Shown here one piece after another: positions 9,848 to 19,995 of a stretch of DNA of 64,000 nucleotides. The stretch is from a virus. The translations under genes were made by a program, and so were the position numbers. The stretch lies in IMG/VR virus record IMGVR_UViG_3300028837_000933, positions 57,821-121,820 of that record; one strand, written 5' to 3'. The notes below the pieces were generated by a model. The model was not told where the DNA came from. It saw only the letters and a list, made by a program, of their open reading frames with translations, and did not search any database. Position 1 is the stretch's first letter; each line of letters begins with the position of its first letter.

Positions 9848-10267
9848 TCACTCTCCTGCGAAGGCTGCCCTAGACAACTTGGCCGCACTCACCCGCGCCT
9901 GTTCCGCTCCCATCGACGCGCGTTGTGCCAGCCTAGTGAGATCCGCGGCTTGCTCCTCCCACGCTTCTGCGAGCTGCATCAAGATGTGCGCGGCGTCTGC
10001 GGCCTCGCTCACTACGCCCCACTCGACTTCGCCGCAAATGCACTTCTGTCCTCGGAATGGCTCGCTCACCGCCCACAGGTGCAAGTTCTGCTCCTTACGG
10101 CAGAGCATCTGGCCTTCTTGGTTCTCTTCCCACCGGACGGTATCATCAGTACTCCCATACTCTCCAGGTTCGAGCGGCGGCGGCCAGCCCAGTTCCACCT
10201 CAAAGGCTTGTGCGGCCTCGTGGAAAGACATGGTCATCGTGTCTGTTTCCTGACCCTCGTCCTGCAT
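9848..10267 (-). CDS. Hypothetical protein
   Basis: RBS GGAGG, follows terL. Confidence 0.6.
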   Translation of the reverse strand: MQDEGQETDTMTMSFHEAAQAFEVELGWPPPLEPGEYGSTDDTVRWEENQEGQMLCRKEQNLHLWAVSEPFRGQKCICGEVEWGVVSEAADAAHILMQLAEAWEEQAADLTRLAQRASMGAEQARVSAAKLSRAAFAGE

Positions 10268-10276
10268 TGTACCTCC

Positions 10277-12112
10277 CTATCGCATCATGGCTTCCATTTG
10301 CCAACGGGGTACAGCCTGGCTGCTGATCCGAGCCACTCGCGGGGCCTCTTCGGCGGCTCTCTGATAGCCTTCGGCATGGGCGTAGTGGTCGGCGGCGGTG
10401 CCCACGTAGACGGCCAGTTGGGTGTGTTGGCGCTCCTCAACGACCCGCACCATGTGGCAAATCTGGTCATAGTAGCCCGGCACATCGCGCATGTGGGCCG
10501 GCAGCGTGTGGCTCTTGGTATAGAAGCCCTCATACATGCGGTCAAGCCCGCGGGTGCGATCTATGTTGATCTCGCCCTGCTCGGGCCGCCACAGGTACAT
10601 ATCCGGGCGCCGACTGGACGCCGGGCTGCTGCTGTAGTAGGCCAGCCACACAAGCCCCGGTTCAAACTTGGCTTGAAGCTCTCTGGCCTTCTTGGTCTCG
10701 GGCATGGCGTCCACGACCACGCGCTTACAGTTCCAGCGTATGATCTCCGCTGCTATGGCCTCGAAGCTGTCCACAACGCCGGCCATCCGGAGCGGTTTTT
10801 CTCCGGTGAGGTAGTCCTTGGGGCCGCGCACCACGAAATGGAGCACGTTCCCCACGTCAACGCCCATGGTGGTCTCTTCGGTCGGCATCACACCAAAGGC
10901 GTAATCGCGGCGCAATAGATCCAGGAGTTGATTCGTCATCCTACCGCCTCTCGGCTGGTAGGGAAGGCCCAAGTCCTGATTGACACACTCTTTGCGTTGG
11001 GTCTCGTTGATGACCCGCAAGCGCTCGATGATCTCGAGAGGGTCCTGGCGGGCACTGTACAGTTTGGTGAGGTGGTAGCCGTGGCGCTTGATGTGGGGAA
11101 ACTCAGCTATCCACTCGCCCGGCCCCAGCCTGTCCATCACACCATCACACTTCTGACAATGGGCAACGGCCTTGTCCTCGTCCATCCCATTCCAGATAAT
11201 CGGGCGCTCGAGCGCATCGTACTCGACAACGAAGTGGTCCAGTGTGAGGTACTGGCGTTTGCCACAGTGGTCACAGCGGATAAACCAGTACATCTGATTG
11301 GTGAGCACCCATAGTTGCTCGATCCCCATGCCGGGGTACGTGGGCGTGCTCACGGCTCGCATCTCGCCCAGCGAGTCGGCCCCCAGCCGTTTCTCGGCAA
11401 TGGGGATGGCCCGCTGGTCCATCTCATCAACCTCGTCCAAGAGCACGACGTCGGCGTCCACCGACTTCAATTGCGGAGCCCCGCCATCCTTTTTCACGCG
11501 GGCACCGCGCAAGTACCAGAAACGGTCTCCCACCCTTTTCAGGGTAACGCGGTCTGCTGCTTTTCGACGCGCGGCCTCGGAAGATGTCTGATCTCCTCCG
11601 GAGACGATCAGCCGCTGAAGGTAGGGTGAAGCCTCGATAGCCGGACCGATGCGGGCAACGCTGAAATCCGAAACGTGGGTGTCGGTGGGGAACACGTACA
11701 GGACGGTCGCTTTCCGGACATCGCACGCGTGCATGGCATAGCTGATGAGAAGCTCGCTGGCTCCCATCTGGGCGGCTTTGCGCACAGTCATGTGTTCGGA
11801 CGTGTCGCCGTACAGGGCCACCAGATAGGGGTGTTTCACAAAGTCCAGCGGGCGGTCCGGGATGAGGAACTGGCGATGGCGCATGGTCCAGGCAAGCAGC
11901 CCCAGCGGCGCCTCGTCTATCGCCTCTCCCGCCCTGGTGCTGATCTGCCCTTGCCGTCTCTGCAATTGCTGGGCCAGCGCGGCAGCCAGCCGAATCTTAT
12001 CGAGTCGGTTTGCAGCGCCCTCGCCTGGCGTTGGATGCCCCGTGCCGAGCAGTTCTTCGAGCCCTGACCCGGCCGCAGGCGCGGCTCCCAGTAGTTCGCG
12101 AATCTCGCTCAT
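10277..12112 (-). CDS. terL: Terminase large subunit, lambda gpA family
   Basis: KAAQMGASE (Walker A-like), VVLLDEVD (Walker B), STPT coupling motif, CxxC...CxxC, nuclease motifs MGVDVG and DHYAHA. Confidence 0.92.
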   Translation of the reverse strand: MSEIRELLGAAPAAGSGLEELLGTGHPTPGEGAANRLDKIRLAAALAQQLQRRQGQISTRAGEAIDEAPLGLLAWTMRHRQFLIPDRPLDFVKHPYLVALYGDTSEHMTVRKAAQMGASELLISYAMHACDVRKATVLYVFPTDTHVSDFSVARIGPAIEASPYLQRLIVSGGDQTSSEAARRKAADRVTLKRVGDRFWYLRGARVKKDGGAPQLKSVDADVVLLDEVDEMDQRAIPIAEKRLGADSLGEMRAVSTPTYPGMGIEQLWVLTNQMYWFIRCDHCGKRQYLTLDHFVVEYDALERPIIWNGMDEDKAVAHCQKCDGVMDRLGPGEWIAEFPHIKRHGYHLTKLYSARQDPLEIIERLRVINETQRKECVNQDLGLPYQPRGGRMTNQLLDLLRRDYAFGVMPTEETTMGVDVGNVLHFVVRGPKDYLTGEKPLRMAGVVDSFEAIAAEIIRWNCKRVVVDAMPETKKARELQAKFEPGLVWLAYYSSSPASSRRPDMYLWRPEQGEINIDRTRGLDRMYEGFYTKSHTLPAHMRDVPGYYDQICHMVRVVEERQHTQLAVYVGTAADHYAHAEGYQRAAEEAPRVARISSQAVPRWQMEAMMR

Positions 12113-13095
12113 TCGGCGGCCTCGGCTGTCTCCACGGCGCTGACTTCCCCTTCCACTACATCGCTGTCCCGGAGATCCGTCCCCTGGTTTGAGCCATTGT
12201 TCCCGGCCATGAGCTGTGCTACGCCTTGGGCGGGATCTACGGCCACCATAAGGTTTCCAATCAGTTGATCAAGCTCGCCCTCGCTCATCTTGGCGTACTG
12301 GGCAGCGGGATCGTTGACGTTGACCTGCTGCTGGGCCAAGATATTGACGTGGGCGCCTCTCAGCTGGATACCCAAGAGGGCAAGGATCTGTTCCTCGGCC
12401 TCCATGACGACCCGTAGGGCCTGCATGTTTTTCGGAGTGGATTTATCGAAAGCCAGCCAGCCCGCTTGCTGTACCGCCCGGAACTGGGCCACTGACGCGG
12501 CCTTGGCCCGATCTATGGTCGGACGCGCCAAGTCCTGCCACAGCACGAAGACGCGGGCGATGTCGCGTTTGGCGGTTCTCAGCCCACAGTGAATGGCCTG
12601 GGCGATCTGGTGCGGTTTCGCCCCTCTCACGATCAAGGCACTGACCAGTTCCAGACGCGCCAGGATGACCGGATCTTTCTTCCAGTAGCGACTTTGTATG
12701 CCCTTCTGCGGTCTCTGAACCAGCCGGCCTTCGGCCTCGGTGAACTGGCGCACGCGGGACAGTACCTCGCCCACGCCGTCCTCGGCTTGCTGGCCACCGA
12801 CATCGGCCCACTCTAGGTTCTGGCTTTGCTGTTTCTTTGTCTGCTCAGGGGGATACGCGTCGATCGCAGCCGGCTCCGGGACGTACTCGTTCAGTTCAGC
12901 GAGCACGTCCTCGGGCTTGAGGTGTTCCACGCCTTCCATCATCTCGCCGTCCTCTTCGTCGATGTCTTCATCGGCAAGTTCGGCAAGTTCGGAAGGTGTA
13001 GCGCCCCAGAGGTTCACTTCCTCGCGCATCCGTTCCAGGGCGTTCCAGGGCTGTTCAACGGTATCTATGGCAGCGATCTCTTCGTCGGTTTTCAT
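12109..13095 (-). CDS. Putative terminase small subunit (HTH)
   Basis: Overlaps the terL start; HTH-like IAQAIHCGLRTAKRDI; acidic N-terminus. Confidence 0.6.
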   Translation of the reverse strand: MKTDEEIAAIDTVEQPWNALERMREEVNLWGATPSELAELADEDIDEEDGEMMEGVEHLKPEDVLAELNEYVPEPAAIDAYPPEQTKKQQSQNLEWADVGGQQAEDGVGEVLSRVRQFTEAEGRLVQRPQKGIQSRYWKKDPVILARLELVSALIVRGAKPHQIAQAIHCGLRTAKRDIARVFVLWQDLARPTIDRAKAASVAQFRAVQQAGWLAFDKSTPKNMQALRVVMEAEEQILALLGIQLRGAHVNILAQQQVNVNDPAAQYAKMSEGELDQLIGNLMVAVDPAQGVAQLMAGNNGSNQGTDLRDSDVVEGEVSAVETAEAAE

Positions 13096-13128
13096 GTAGT
13101 AGGTTCGCTTTCCGGCTCCCTCAAGCGA

Positions 13129-14112
13129 CTAGGTGGGTAGCGCAAGCGGCTCCCTCATCGGCTCATCCACGTCATGTTCTTCAAGCTCGCCCTTCTCCAG
13201 CCGGATCTGGGCTAGGCGCTCCATGGCCAGTCTGGCCATCTCAACCACGGCGGTCGGGATCGAAAAAATCTCACACTCATCCCGGACGGTTTGCAGGGCC
13301 TTCCGCCAGGAATCGTAAAAGTCACGGTTCGCCATGTACATGCGATCCACATCGACACTCGGTACAATGGCCTCGGCGGCGGCCACGAAATCATCGTGCT
13401 GGGATGAAAGGAACATCAGCAGCACAACGCGGGAATTGCCAAGAAGGTTCACGTCTGGCGGATTGAACTTGACCGGGTCCGGTATCAGATCGATGATGCG
13501 CGGGTCAACGTAGGCCGCAAACTGCTCGGCCACATCGGTGATCGCCCCGAACACCCTGGCCACCAGTTCGGGATCATCCGAGCCGGCGATAGTGTTGTGG
13601 CTCAGCTGCTTGGAGTACATGGCGCTCTTGCTCAAGTCCTCGTAGAGCAGCACAAGCACCACCTTCACGCCAGCCGCCCGGCCTGCGCGGACGCGGTGGT
13701 TCCCGCTGACTATCTCGATCCCCTTATCCGTCCGTACGCACAACGGCACCGACTCCAGACCACCCACGGTGGAGATATTGTCGACCAGCTGGTCGAACGT
13801 TTTCTTGGTCATGGAGCGCGGGTTCACATCCTGTTCGATCAACTCGCTGATGTTCGCCACGAACAGACTCAAATGCTCAGGGAGCACCATCTTGCTCAAT
13901 TCCTTGAGCATGGAGTTGATCTGTTCGCGGTCGCCGTGAAGCATCTCGGGGTTGATCACCCCCCGCATGATCGACTCGAAGCCGTCTACATCCTCGGGGC
14001 TTACGCCGGCTGCGTCTGTGGCTTGCGCTTCTTGCGGCCCCTGCGCTTCCTCCCGCGCCTCGACTTCTTCGGTGTCTCCTGCTTCGGCCTCTGCTTGAAC
14101 TTCTGATACCAT
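13129..14112 (-). CDS. ParB/Srx N-terminal domain protein
   Basis: NPRSM...LVDNI...EIVSGNHRVRA motif; coupled to the modification gene upstream. Confidence 0.8.
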   Translation of the reverse strand: MVSEVQAEAEAGDTEEVEAREEAQGPQEAQATDAAGVSPEDVDGFESIMRGVINPEMLHGDREQINSMLKELSKMVLPEHLSLFVANISELIEQDVNPRSMTKKTFDQLVDNISTVGGLESVPLCVRTDKGIEIVSGNHRVRAGRAAGVKVVLVLLYEDLSKSAMYSKQLSHNTIAGSDDPELVARVFGAITDVAEQFAAYVDPRIIDLIPDPVKFNPPDVNLLGNSRVVLLMFLSSQHDDFVAAAEAIVPSVDVDRMYMANRDFYDSWRKALQTVRDECEIFSIPTAVVEMARLAMERLAQIRLEKGELEEHDVDEPMREPLALPT

Positions 14113-15512
14113 AGGGCTAGGGTCTCCTCCCTCGTACGGTCTGCAACGTGCGCCTCGTAGACCAGCTTGTACTCCCCATCTGATTGTCGCTCGCGGCTCC
14201 GCATTGTCATGCCTGTCCCTCGAGCGGTCTTATTCTCTGGGTGTGGGGTGAGCATGGTACTCTGGATCATCTCCGGCACACCCCGGATCTGGAACCAACC
14301 CAACGCGCCGAACACGTCCTCCCAGAACCAGGCGCTACACATGCTCATCAGGGTCAGTTTGTGCAGGCGCGGCTCCAACTCCTGCGGCGCCGTGAACGCA
14401 AACACAATCTTGGCCGGCAGTTCGCTCGTGGGCGTGCCGGCGAGAACACCACTCCCGGTGCGGTAACTCTGCATGTGCGCTCCCACGATACCCAGCAAAT
14501 GCCCATCCAGGAGCACCGCGCAGTAGTTTTCCGCCCCACCTCCAGGCAACCGATGAACGAACAGATCCCGGTAGTAGTCACCCTCCTGTTGGGAGATCAT
14601 CTTCGCCCGGAGTTCCATCCCCTCCTTCACAGGAGCGTGAAAGAGGGGAAAGCTCGATCTCCCTTCATGCAGCTTGGTGCGCACCATGACGTGCGGGAGT
14701 AGTGTCTTGTTGGACACGATCCAGTTGAGCGATGTCAGCCGCGTGTTTCCGGGCCTGTCAGCGAACACCGACCGCCAGGGCGGCCCCCACGTGGGGGAAG
14801 GGTCTTCTCCCTTGGAAGCGTAGTACATGAGCACAAGCGCCTCGGATGCGGCGAGATAGTCCATCAGCCCCTTCTAGTCACGCTCGACAAACTGGGCCAC
14901 CTCTGGTTCGTCCCAGTCAAAGATCGCCTCGATGCCCTCGAACATCTTGTCATAGCCGCCCGTGTACCTAGGCGGGTTGAGCAGGATAGCAGTGGAAGCG
15001 TCACTCCGCGGCTCGTCAATCACTTCCCACATATCCTGTGTCTCGTAGTTGATGCCGTCCAGCTGCGCCGCCATGGTCTTCAACTGCTCAATCAGTTGAG
15101 GGACGTAGCTTCCCACGTTTCTCAGCAATTCCTGCTGGTTCTGGATGTGCCACGCCTTCTTGGTCTTGCGCTCGTACTGGAGCACCCTCAATAGGAACAT
15201 GATCGCCGCCGTCTTACCCAACGGCCCCTCGTCCAGCCACGGTAGAACCACATCGGCGGCCTCGTGCTTCGGCTCTAATCGGTAATCTCTGCCCACTAAC
15301 GCATGACCCAAGGCGTGAGAGTAGACAGATATGTCCGATGCGTAGATGCTCTCCGGCGTAGCTCCGCCGGCGACCGCGCTCACCGCCAGGCTGAACGTGC
15401 CACAGCAAGGCAGAATCACCCGGTTGGGGCGATAGGCTTTGACCATCTGGCTGGTGTAGCCTCGCGTGCGCCCTCGCGGGATGCCTTTGAACAGTATGTC
15501 AGGATTGGACAT
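14001..15512 (-). CDS. Putative DNA adenine methyltransferase/modification protein, split by one in-frame TAG at 14874-14876
   Basis: Motif I-like VILPCCGTF and motif IV NPPRY. ORFs 14874-15512 and 14001-14864 share a frame: ERD-TAG-KGLMDY. Confidence 0.65.
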
Positions 15513-15517
15513 AGATG

Positions 15518-15628
15518 CTACCCATTATGCCAGGACTCCACCCACACACCTACCCAGAGCAGCACGGACAGCACGGCCCAGGCAAGGAAGCCACGCATCA
15601 AGAGCGCAACCGCGAGTTCTAATGTCAT
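15518..15628 (-). CDS. 36-aa membrane peptide
   Basis: RBS GAGGAGG; MTLELAVALLMRGFLAWAVLSVLLWVGVWVESWHNG. Confidence 0.55.
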   Translation of the reverse strand: MTLELAVALLMRGFLAWAVLSVLLWVGVWVESWHNG

Positions 15629-15642
15629 TCGGCCTCCTCACG

Positions 15643-15668
15643 AAAGAAAGCCCCACAGCGGGGCCTCT
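15643..15668 (-). terminator. Intrinsic terminator downstream of the tRNA-like gene
   Basis: GCCCC-GCTGT-GGGGC followed by TTTCTTT. Confidence 0.5.
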
Positions 15669-15709
15669 GCTTGCCACCGTGCCCAGCCGCTACCCGGCGA
15701 ACACTCAGG

Positions 15710-15851
15710 ACCAGGGAGTAGGAGTCGAACCTACATCTTCCCCTTGAGAGGGGGCTGTCCTCGGCCTAGGGCCTTGCCATCGCTTAGTCGCCTCTTACGG
15801 CGAAACCTACAGCCACAGTCAAAGACTGGCGGGGCGTTAGACGATCCCTGG
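15710..15851 (-). tRNA. tRNA-Glu(CTC)-like gene with a ~70 nt insertion in the D-loop
   Basis: Acceptor CCAGGGA/TCCCTGG, D stem GTCT/GGAC, anticodon arm GCCCC-CTCTCAA-GGGGA, T arm GTAGG-TTCGACT-CCTAC; D-loop is 78 nt; CCA not encoded. Confidence 0.8.
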
Positions 15852-15857
15852 ACCACC

Positions 15858-15886
15858 AGTATACCGCATCCTTCCCGATTTGTCAA
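15858..15886 (-). promoter_or_regulatory. Sigma70-type promoter of the tRNA-like gene
   Basis: TTGACA-17 nt-TATACT; predicted TSS at about 15851. Confidence 0.8.
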
Positions 15887-15931
15887 CTTCTACACGGTTC
15901 CCTTGGCAATCGCAAAGGTATACACAGATGG

Positions 15932-15960
15932 TTGACGGATGGCACGATTTGTGATAAGAT
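15932..15960 (+). promoter_or_regulatory. Divergent sigma70-type promoter
   Basis: TTGACG-17 nt-TAAGAT with TG extension. Confidence 0.65.
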
Positions 15961-15977
15961 GGCACAAAGGAGGCACG

Positions 15978-16436
15978 ATGTCACCAAGGGATAAGGTGTA
16001 CGGCGACCCCATCACGTACAATGGCAAGACGCATACGCTAGAAGAATGGGCCAAGCGGTTGAACACCACCTATTCCGTGCTCGCTCACCGCCTGCGTAGG
16101 GGCTGGTCTGTCAATCGCACGCTCTCCACCCCACCTGAAAAAGTCGTGAAGCGTATGCGATTCGATGGACGCAACATGACGTACCAGGAATGGGAGTACG
16201 AGACAGGCATCAAGCAACGTAGGCTCCGACGTCGACGGGCGGCAGGATGGACAGAGGAACAGACCGTCACAACCCGCGTCCGCAAATACGGCCGACAAAT
16301 CAACTACGCGGGCCAGAATAAGACACTCCGCGAGTGGGCAGAAACGCTCGGCATCAACTACAACACGCTCTACTACCGCCTGTACAGGCTCGGACTCCCG
16401 ATAGAAGAAGCGTTCACAGCACCCCTCAGACGCTAA
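15978..16436 (+). CDS. DNA-binding protein with three tandem HNH-endonuclease-associated HTH repeats
   Basis: Three repeats of ITYNGKTHTLEEWA...L..RL.RGWS.E.A; RBS AGGAGG. Confidence 0.75.
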   Translation: MSPRDKVYGDPITYNGKTHTLEEWAKRLNTTYSVLAHRLRRGWSVNRTLSTPPEKVVKRMRFDGRNMTYQEWEYETGIKQRRLRRRRAAGWTEEQTVTTRVRKYGRQINYAGQNKTLREWAETLGINYNTLYYRLYRLGLPIEEAFTAPLRR

Positions 16437-16699
16437 CACACACACACCCACGGTTCCCATAGGAAGGGCAAAGGGCCAAGCACCCAACGCGCACAACGGG
16501 TTTTCGGGTCAACCGAAATCCGGGTCAAGCCGATTCTGGGTAGGGCCTCACCCCCAGGCACGCCCGCTGTGTCACCCACAGGGCGAAAACCCAAAAAATC
16601 GCTGCGCGGTCGGAGACGCAAAAAAGGCCGACGCCCCCTCTGAGTACGGCGGGCTTATGTAAAGAGGCAAACTCAAAAATCCAGTGCGTGGTCGAAATG

Positions 16700-19300
16700 A
16701 CCCAAATGGCGAGAAACGCACAGAATCCACCAAAAAATGCGCGAAACCGAGTGAACTCGCTTGAACTCCACAGAAGCCGGATGAACTCGACAGAACCCGA
16801 GGGGAACCCGGTGAACCGTGAGCAAACCGAGTGAACTGTGAGCAAATCGAGTGAAAGTGTAGGAAACCGTAGCAAACGTGATGAAACCCATAGAAGCGCG
16901 ATCAAACCGCGTGATCAGCTCTGAAACCATCGCAAACCGTATAGAACCAGGGGCAACCGTAGCAAAGCCGGAGAAACGTGTTGAAACCGTAGAAACCCGA
17001 GTGGAATCGTGTAGCCGGCTATAGATAGGGTAGAGACCGACAGAAACCGCATGAACCCCGTTGAAAGCCTCTCTTCCTCATCGAACCCGTGAGAAATCGT
17101 AGGAAACCGCATAGAAGCCCAGCAAACCGAGAGACCAGGCCGGCAACCGTGAGGAACCGTGAGAACTGGTAGCATAGTGACAGGAACCGTAGGAAAACGG
17201 GAGAGAATAGAGCAACCCGTGAGTAACTCACCGAACCCGTGAGAAACCACATAGAAGCACAGTGAACCGGGAGAAACCGAGTGGCCGGCGACAGTATGCC
17301 CGGAAACCGTGAGAGAATGGCAAGAATGGCAGCAAACCGGGAGAAAGCGACAGAAAGCACAGCAGACGGCCGGATCTCCCTGGAAACCGTGCGGAATCGA
17401 TAGGCCGGCACAGCTATCGTGTGAACCCGGTTGGAATCGATAGCAATCGTGTAGTATACGTGCATATCGACAGGAAGCAGGAGCAACCAGTAGCCGGCGA
17501 CAGTAACCCAGTGACCGCGTGCGCAATCGGCAGGACTCATAGCAAACCAACAGTAACCCAGTGCAATCACTAGGCCGGCGCAGCTATCGAGTGACCACGG
17601 TTGAACCTCTGCAATTCCGATAGCAACCGCAAAGAAACCAGAGACCCCAAGAGCAACCAGCAGCAAGCGACAGGCGGCCGGAGAAACCCGCAAACCACGC
17701 GAGAAACCGAGAGACCACGCCCCAAACCCACAGGAACCGCGAGCAATCGAGTGGCCGGCAACGATACGCGTGTATATCGTCAACTATAGTGTGATGGTGA
17801 GTGAGAGTGAGTGAGGGTGAGTGAGACCAGCAACAAGCGACAGGTCTCCAGTGACCAGGTAGCAAACCGTGAGCAATCGTGTGAACTGGTAGCAAACCGA
17901 GCGGGACGGTGAGAAAGCGACAGGCCCCGCGAGCAATCGAGTGGCCGGCCGCGAAACCGTGAGACCAGCTCAGGAACAGTGGGATAACGACAGGTCAAGC
18001 CAGCAACGCAACAAAAGAGGCAGGAACCGAGAGAACCCGGCAACCCGAGCACCAACTCGCCCAAACCCGTCACCAACCGTCAATCCACGTGTGACCGCGT
18101 GAGAGTAGCCTTGCCAACCGTCACGAACCGTCAACCTAATAGGGTCAATCGGCCTAATTTGAGTGAAACCGTATAGAACCGAGAGAACCGTCGACAGTGA
18201 AACCGTGTGAAAGCAAACCGTGAGAAACCGTGTGAAACGTGAGAGAGAGAAACCGTGTGAAACGTGAGCGCCAAAACCCGCGAAAACAAACCGTGTGAAA
18301 CCGTGTGAAACGTGAGAGAGTGAAACCGTGTGAAACGTGAGAACCAAAACACTCCAAAACCGAACCGCGAGAAACCGTGAGAAACCGTGTGAACCTAGAC
18401 CCCTAGAAACCGTGTGAAACCCATAGCAAACCATAGTAGAATCGTGAGAAACCGTGTGAGAACCAAACCCGGTCAAACCGAACCACCAAAACCCGCGAAA
18501 ACAAACCGTGTGAAACCGTGTGAAACGTTAGTAGTAGAAACCGTGTGAAACGTGAGAACCAAAACACCCCGGTCCAAACCGTGAGAAACCGTGTGAAACG
18601 TGAGAGAGAGAAACCGTGTGAAACGTAACCACCAAAACACCCAAAAAGCAAACCGTGTGAAACCGTGTGAAACCCAGTGAACCGTTTTTCATCTTCTGCC
18701 GTCGCCTGAAACCGTGAGAAACCGTGTGAAACCGTCAACCAGGTTGAAACCGTGAGAAACCGTGAGAAACGCAACCCGCGGACCTCTCACCCAGAAACCG
18801 CGAGAAACCGTGAGAAACCGATCACGGTCCCTGGTTGGCATTGAAACCGTGTGAAACGATAGCAACCCAGCTCAAACCGTATAGATCCATACAGTCAGAC
18901 CAGTTTTTTTCCCGCTAGTTATGGGTCAAGTTATTGAAACCGTGTGAAACCCATAGCAAACCCTAGGCAAACCATATCAAAACCGATTGAAAAACGGTCC
19001 CAACGCGTTTTTGGAGTATCAGCCGGGTTGGTGGTATAATTCTCGCGTAACCTATAGGCCAACGGGACGCACCAACCGAACCCTTGACCCTCTCCCTACT
19101 CCATCCCAACCCGAACCACTATCACCCAACCCGAACCACTATCACGCGGGACCGTTGACCGAACCGGAACCGGAAAAGACCACCAACCGCAACCACCGCA
19201 ACCACCAACCCAACCCGCACCACGTCAACCGTACATTTCCAACGGTCCAGAAACCGAGAATATAACCTAATCCCTACCAACCCGAACCCGAACCGGAACC
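16700..19300. repeat. Strand-skewed non-coding simple-repeat region
   Basis: T-poor plus strand with dozens of GAAACCGTG(T/A)GA words; densest at 18200-18960, with about 17 copies of GTGTGAAAC. Confidence 0.85.
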
Positions 19301-19520
19301 CTAAACGGTTGGATTATACCTCTCCCTCTCCCTAGTCAGTTTCTATAGCTAGAATACCCGCACCTCTCCAACGTCAGTGGAACCCAAAACGCGGAAACGC
19401 GTTCCCAGTCGCGGAAAACAAACCAACAAACCCGCACCCACAAAAACGGTGGTGATAGGCAAAAATCACAAAAAAATCGGGACAATCAGCCGGAACACTC
19501 GTCAACTCACGTGCGGCATT

Positions 19521-19551
19521 TTTCCCGAACCGGGACCTTGACGGGTATAAT
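19521..19551 (+). promoter_or_regulatory. Putative promoter heading the gene array
   Basis: GGTATAATTCTC -10 element just upstream of the first repeat; a similar GGTATAATTCTC occurs near 19033; -35 is weak. Confidence 0.55.
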
Positions 19552-19720
19552 TCTCTCATAACTAGGGTCTCTCCCTTGAATCACAATCGGGACGGTTGGC
19601 CTTTTCCGCGTTTCGCGGGAATTGCCAACGGTCCCTTTTGTGGTGAGAGACCCAACCGCGGAACCGTCCTATTGTGGGTCGGTTCGGTCGGGTTTCATCA
19701 CAAAAAGGGAGAGTGATACA

Positions 19721-19834
19721 ATGGAGTTGGTGGAAATGTTGGTCAATATGCAACCCGCGTTTCAGATTCTTCTGGGTGCGTTCGTGTTGTTGGTGGTTGC
19801 GGTTTGTCTGGAGTTGGTTGGTATGATGCGATAG
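19721..19834 (+). CDS. Array gene: 37-aa membrane peptide
   Basis: ATG after the repeat SD; hydrophobic. Confidence 0.65.
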   Translation: MELVEMLVNMQPAFQILLGAFVLLVVAVCLELVGMMR

Positions 19835-19995
19835 ACCAACCACCAAGACCCACAATAGAATAGAACCGAGAGACCCACAATCGGGACGGTTGGCAATTGC
19901 CAACGGTCCCTTTTGTGGTGAGAGACCCAACCGCGGAACCGTCCTATTGTGGGTCGGTTCGGTCGGGTTTCATCACAAAAAGGGAGAGTGATACA

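Noticed and set aside
16433-18774. Minus-strand ORFs rich in SHGF/FTRF
   Set aside because: Open only because the skewed repeat lacks stop codons; several frames are equally open
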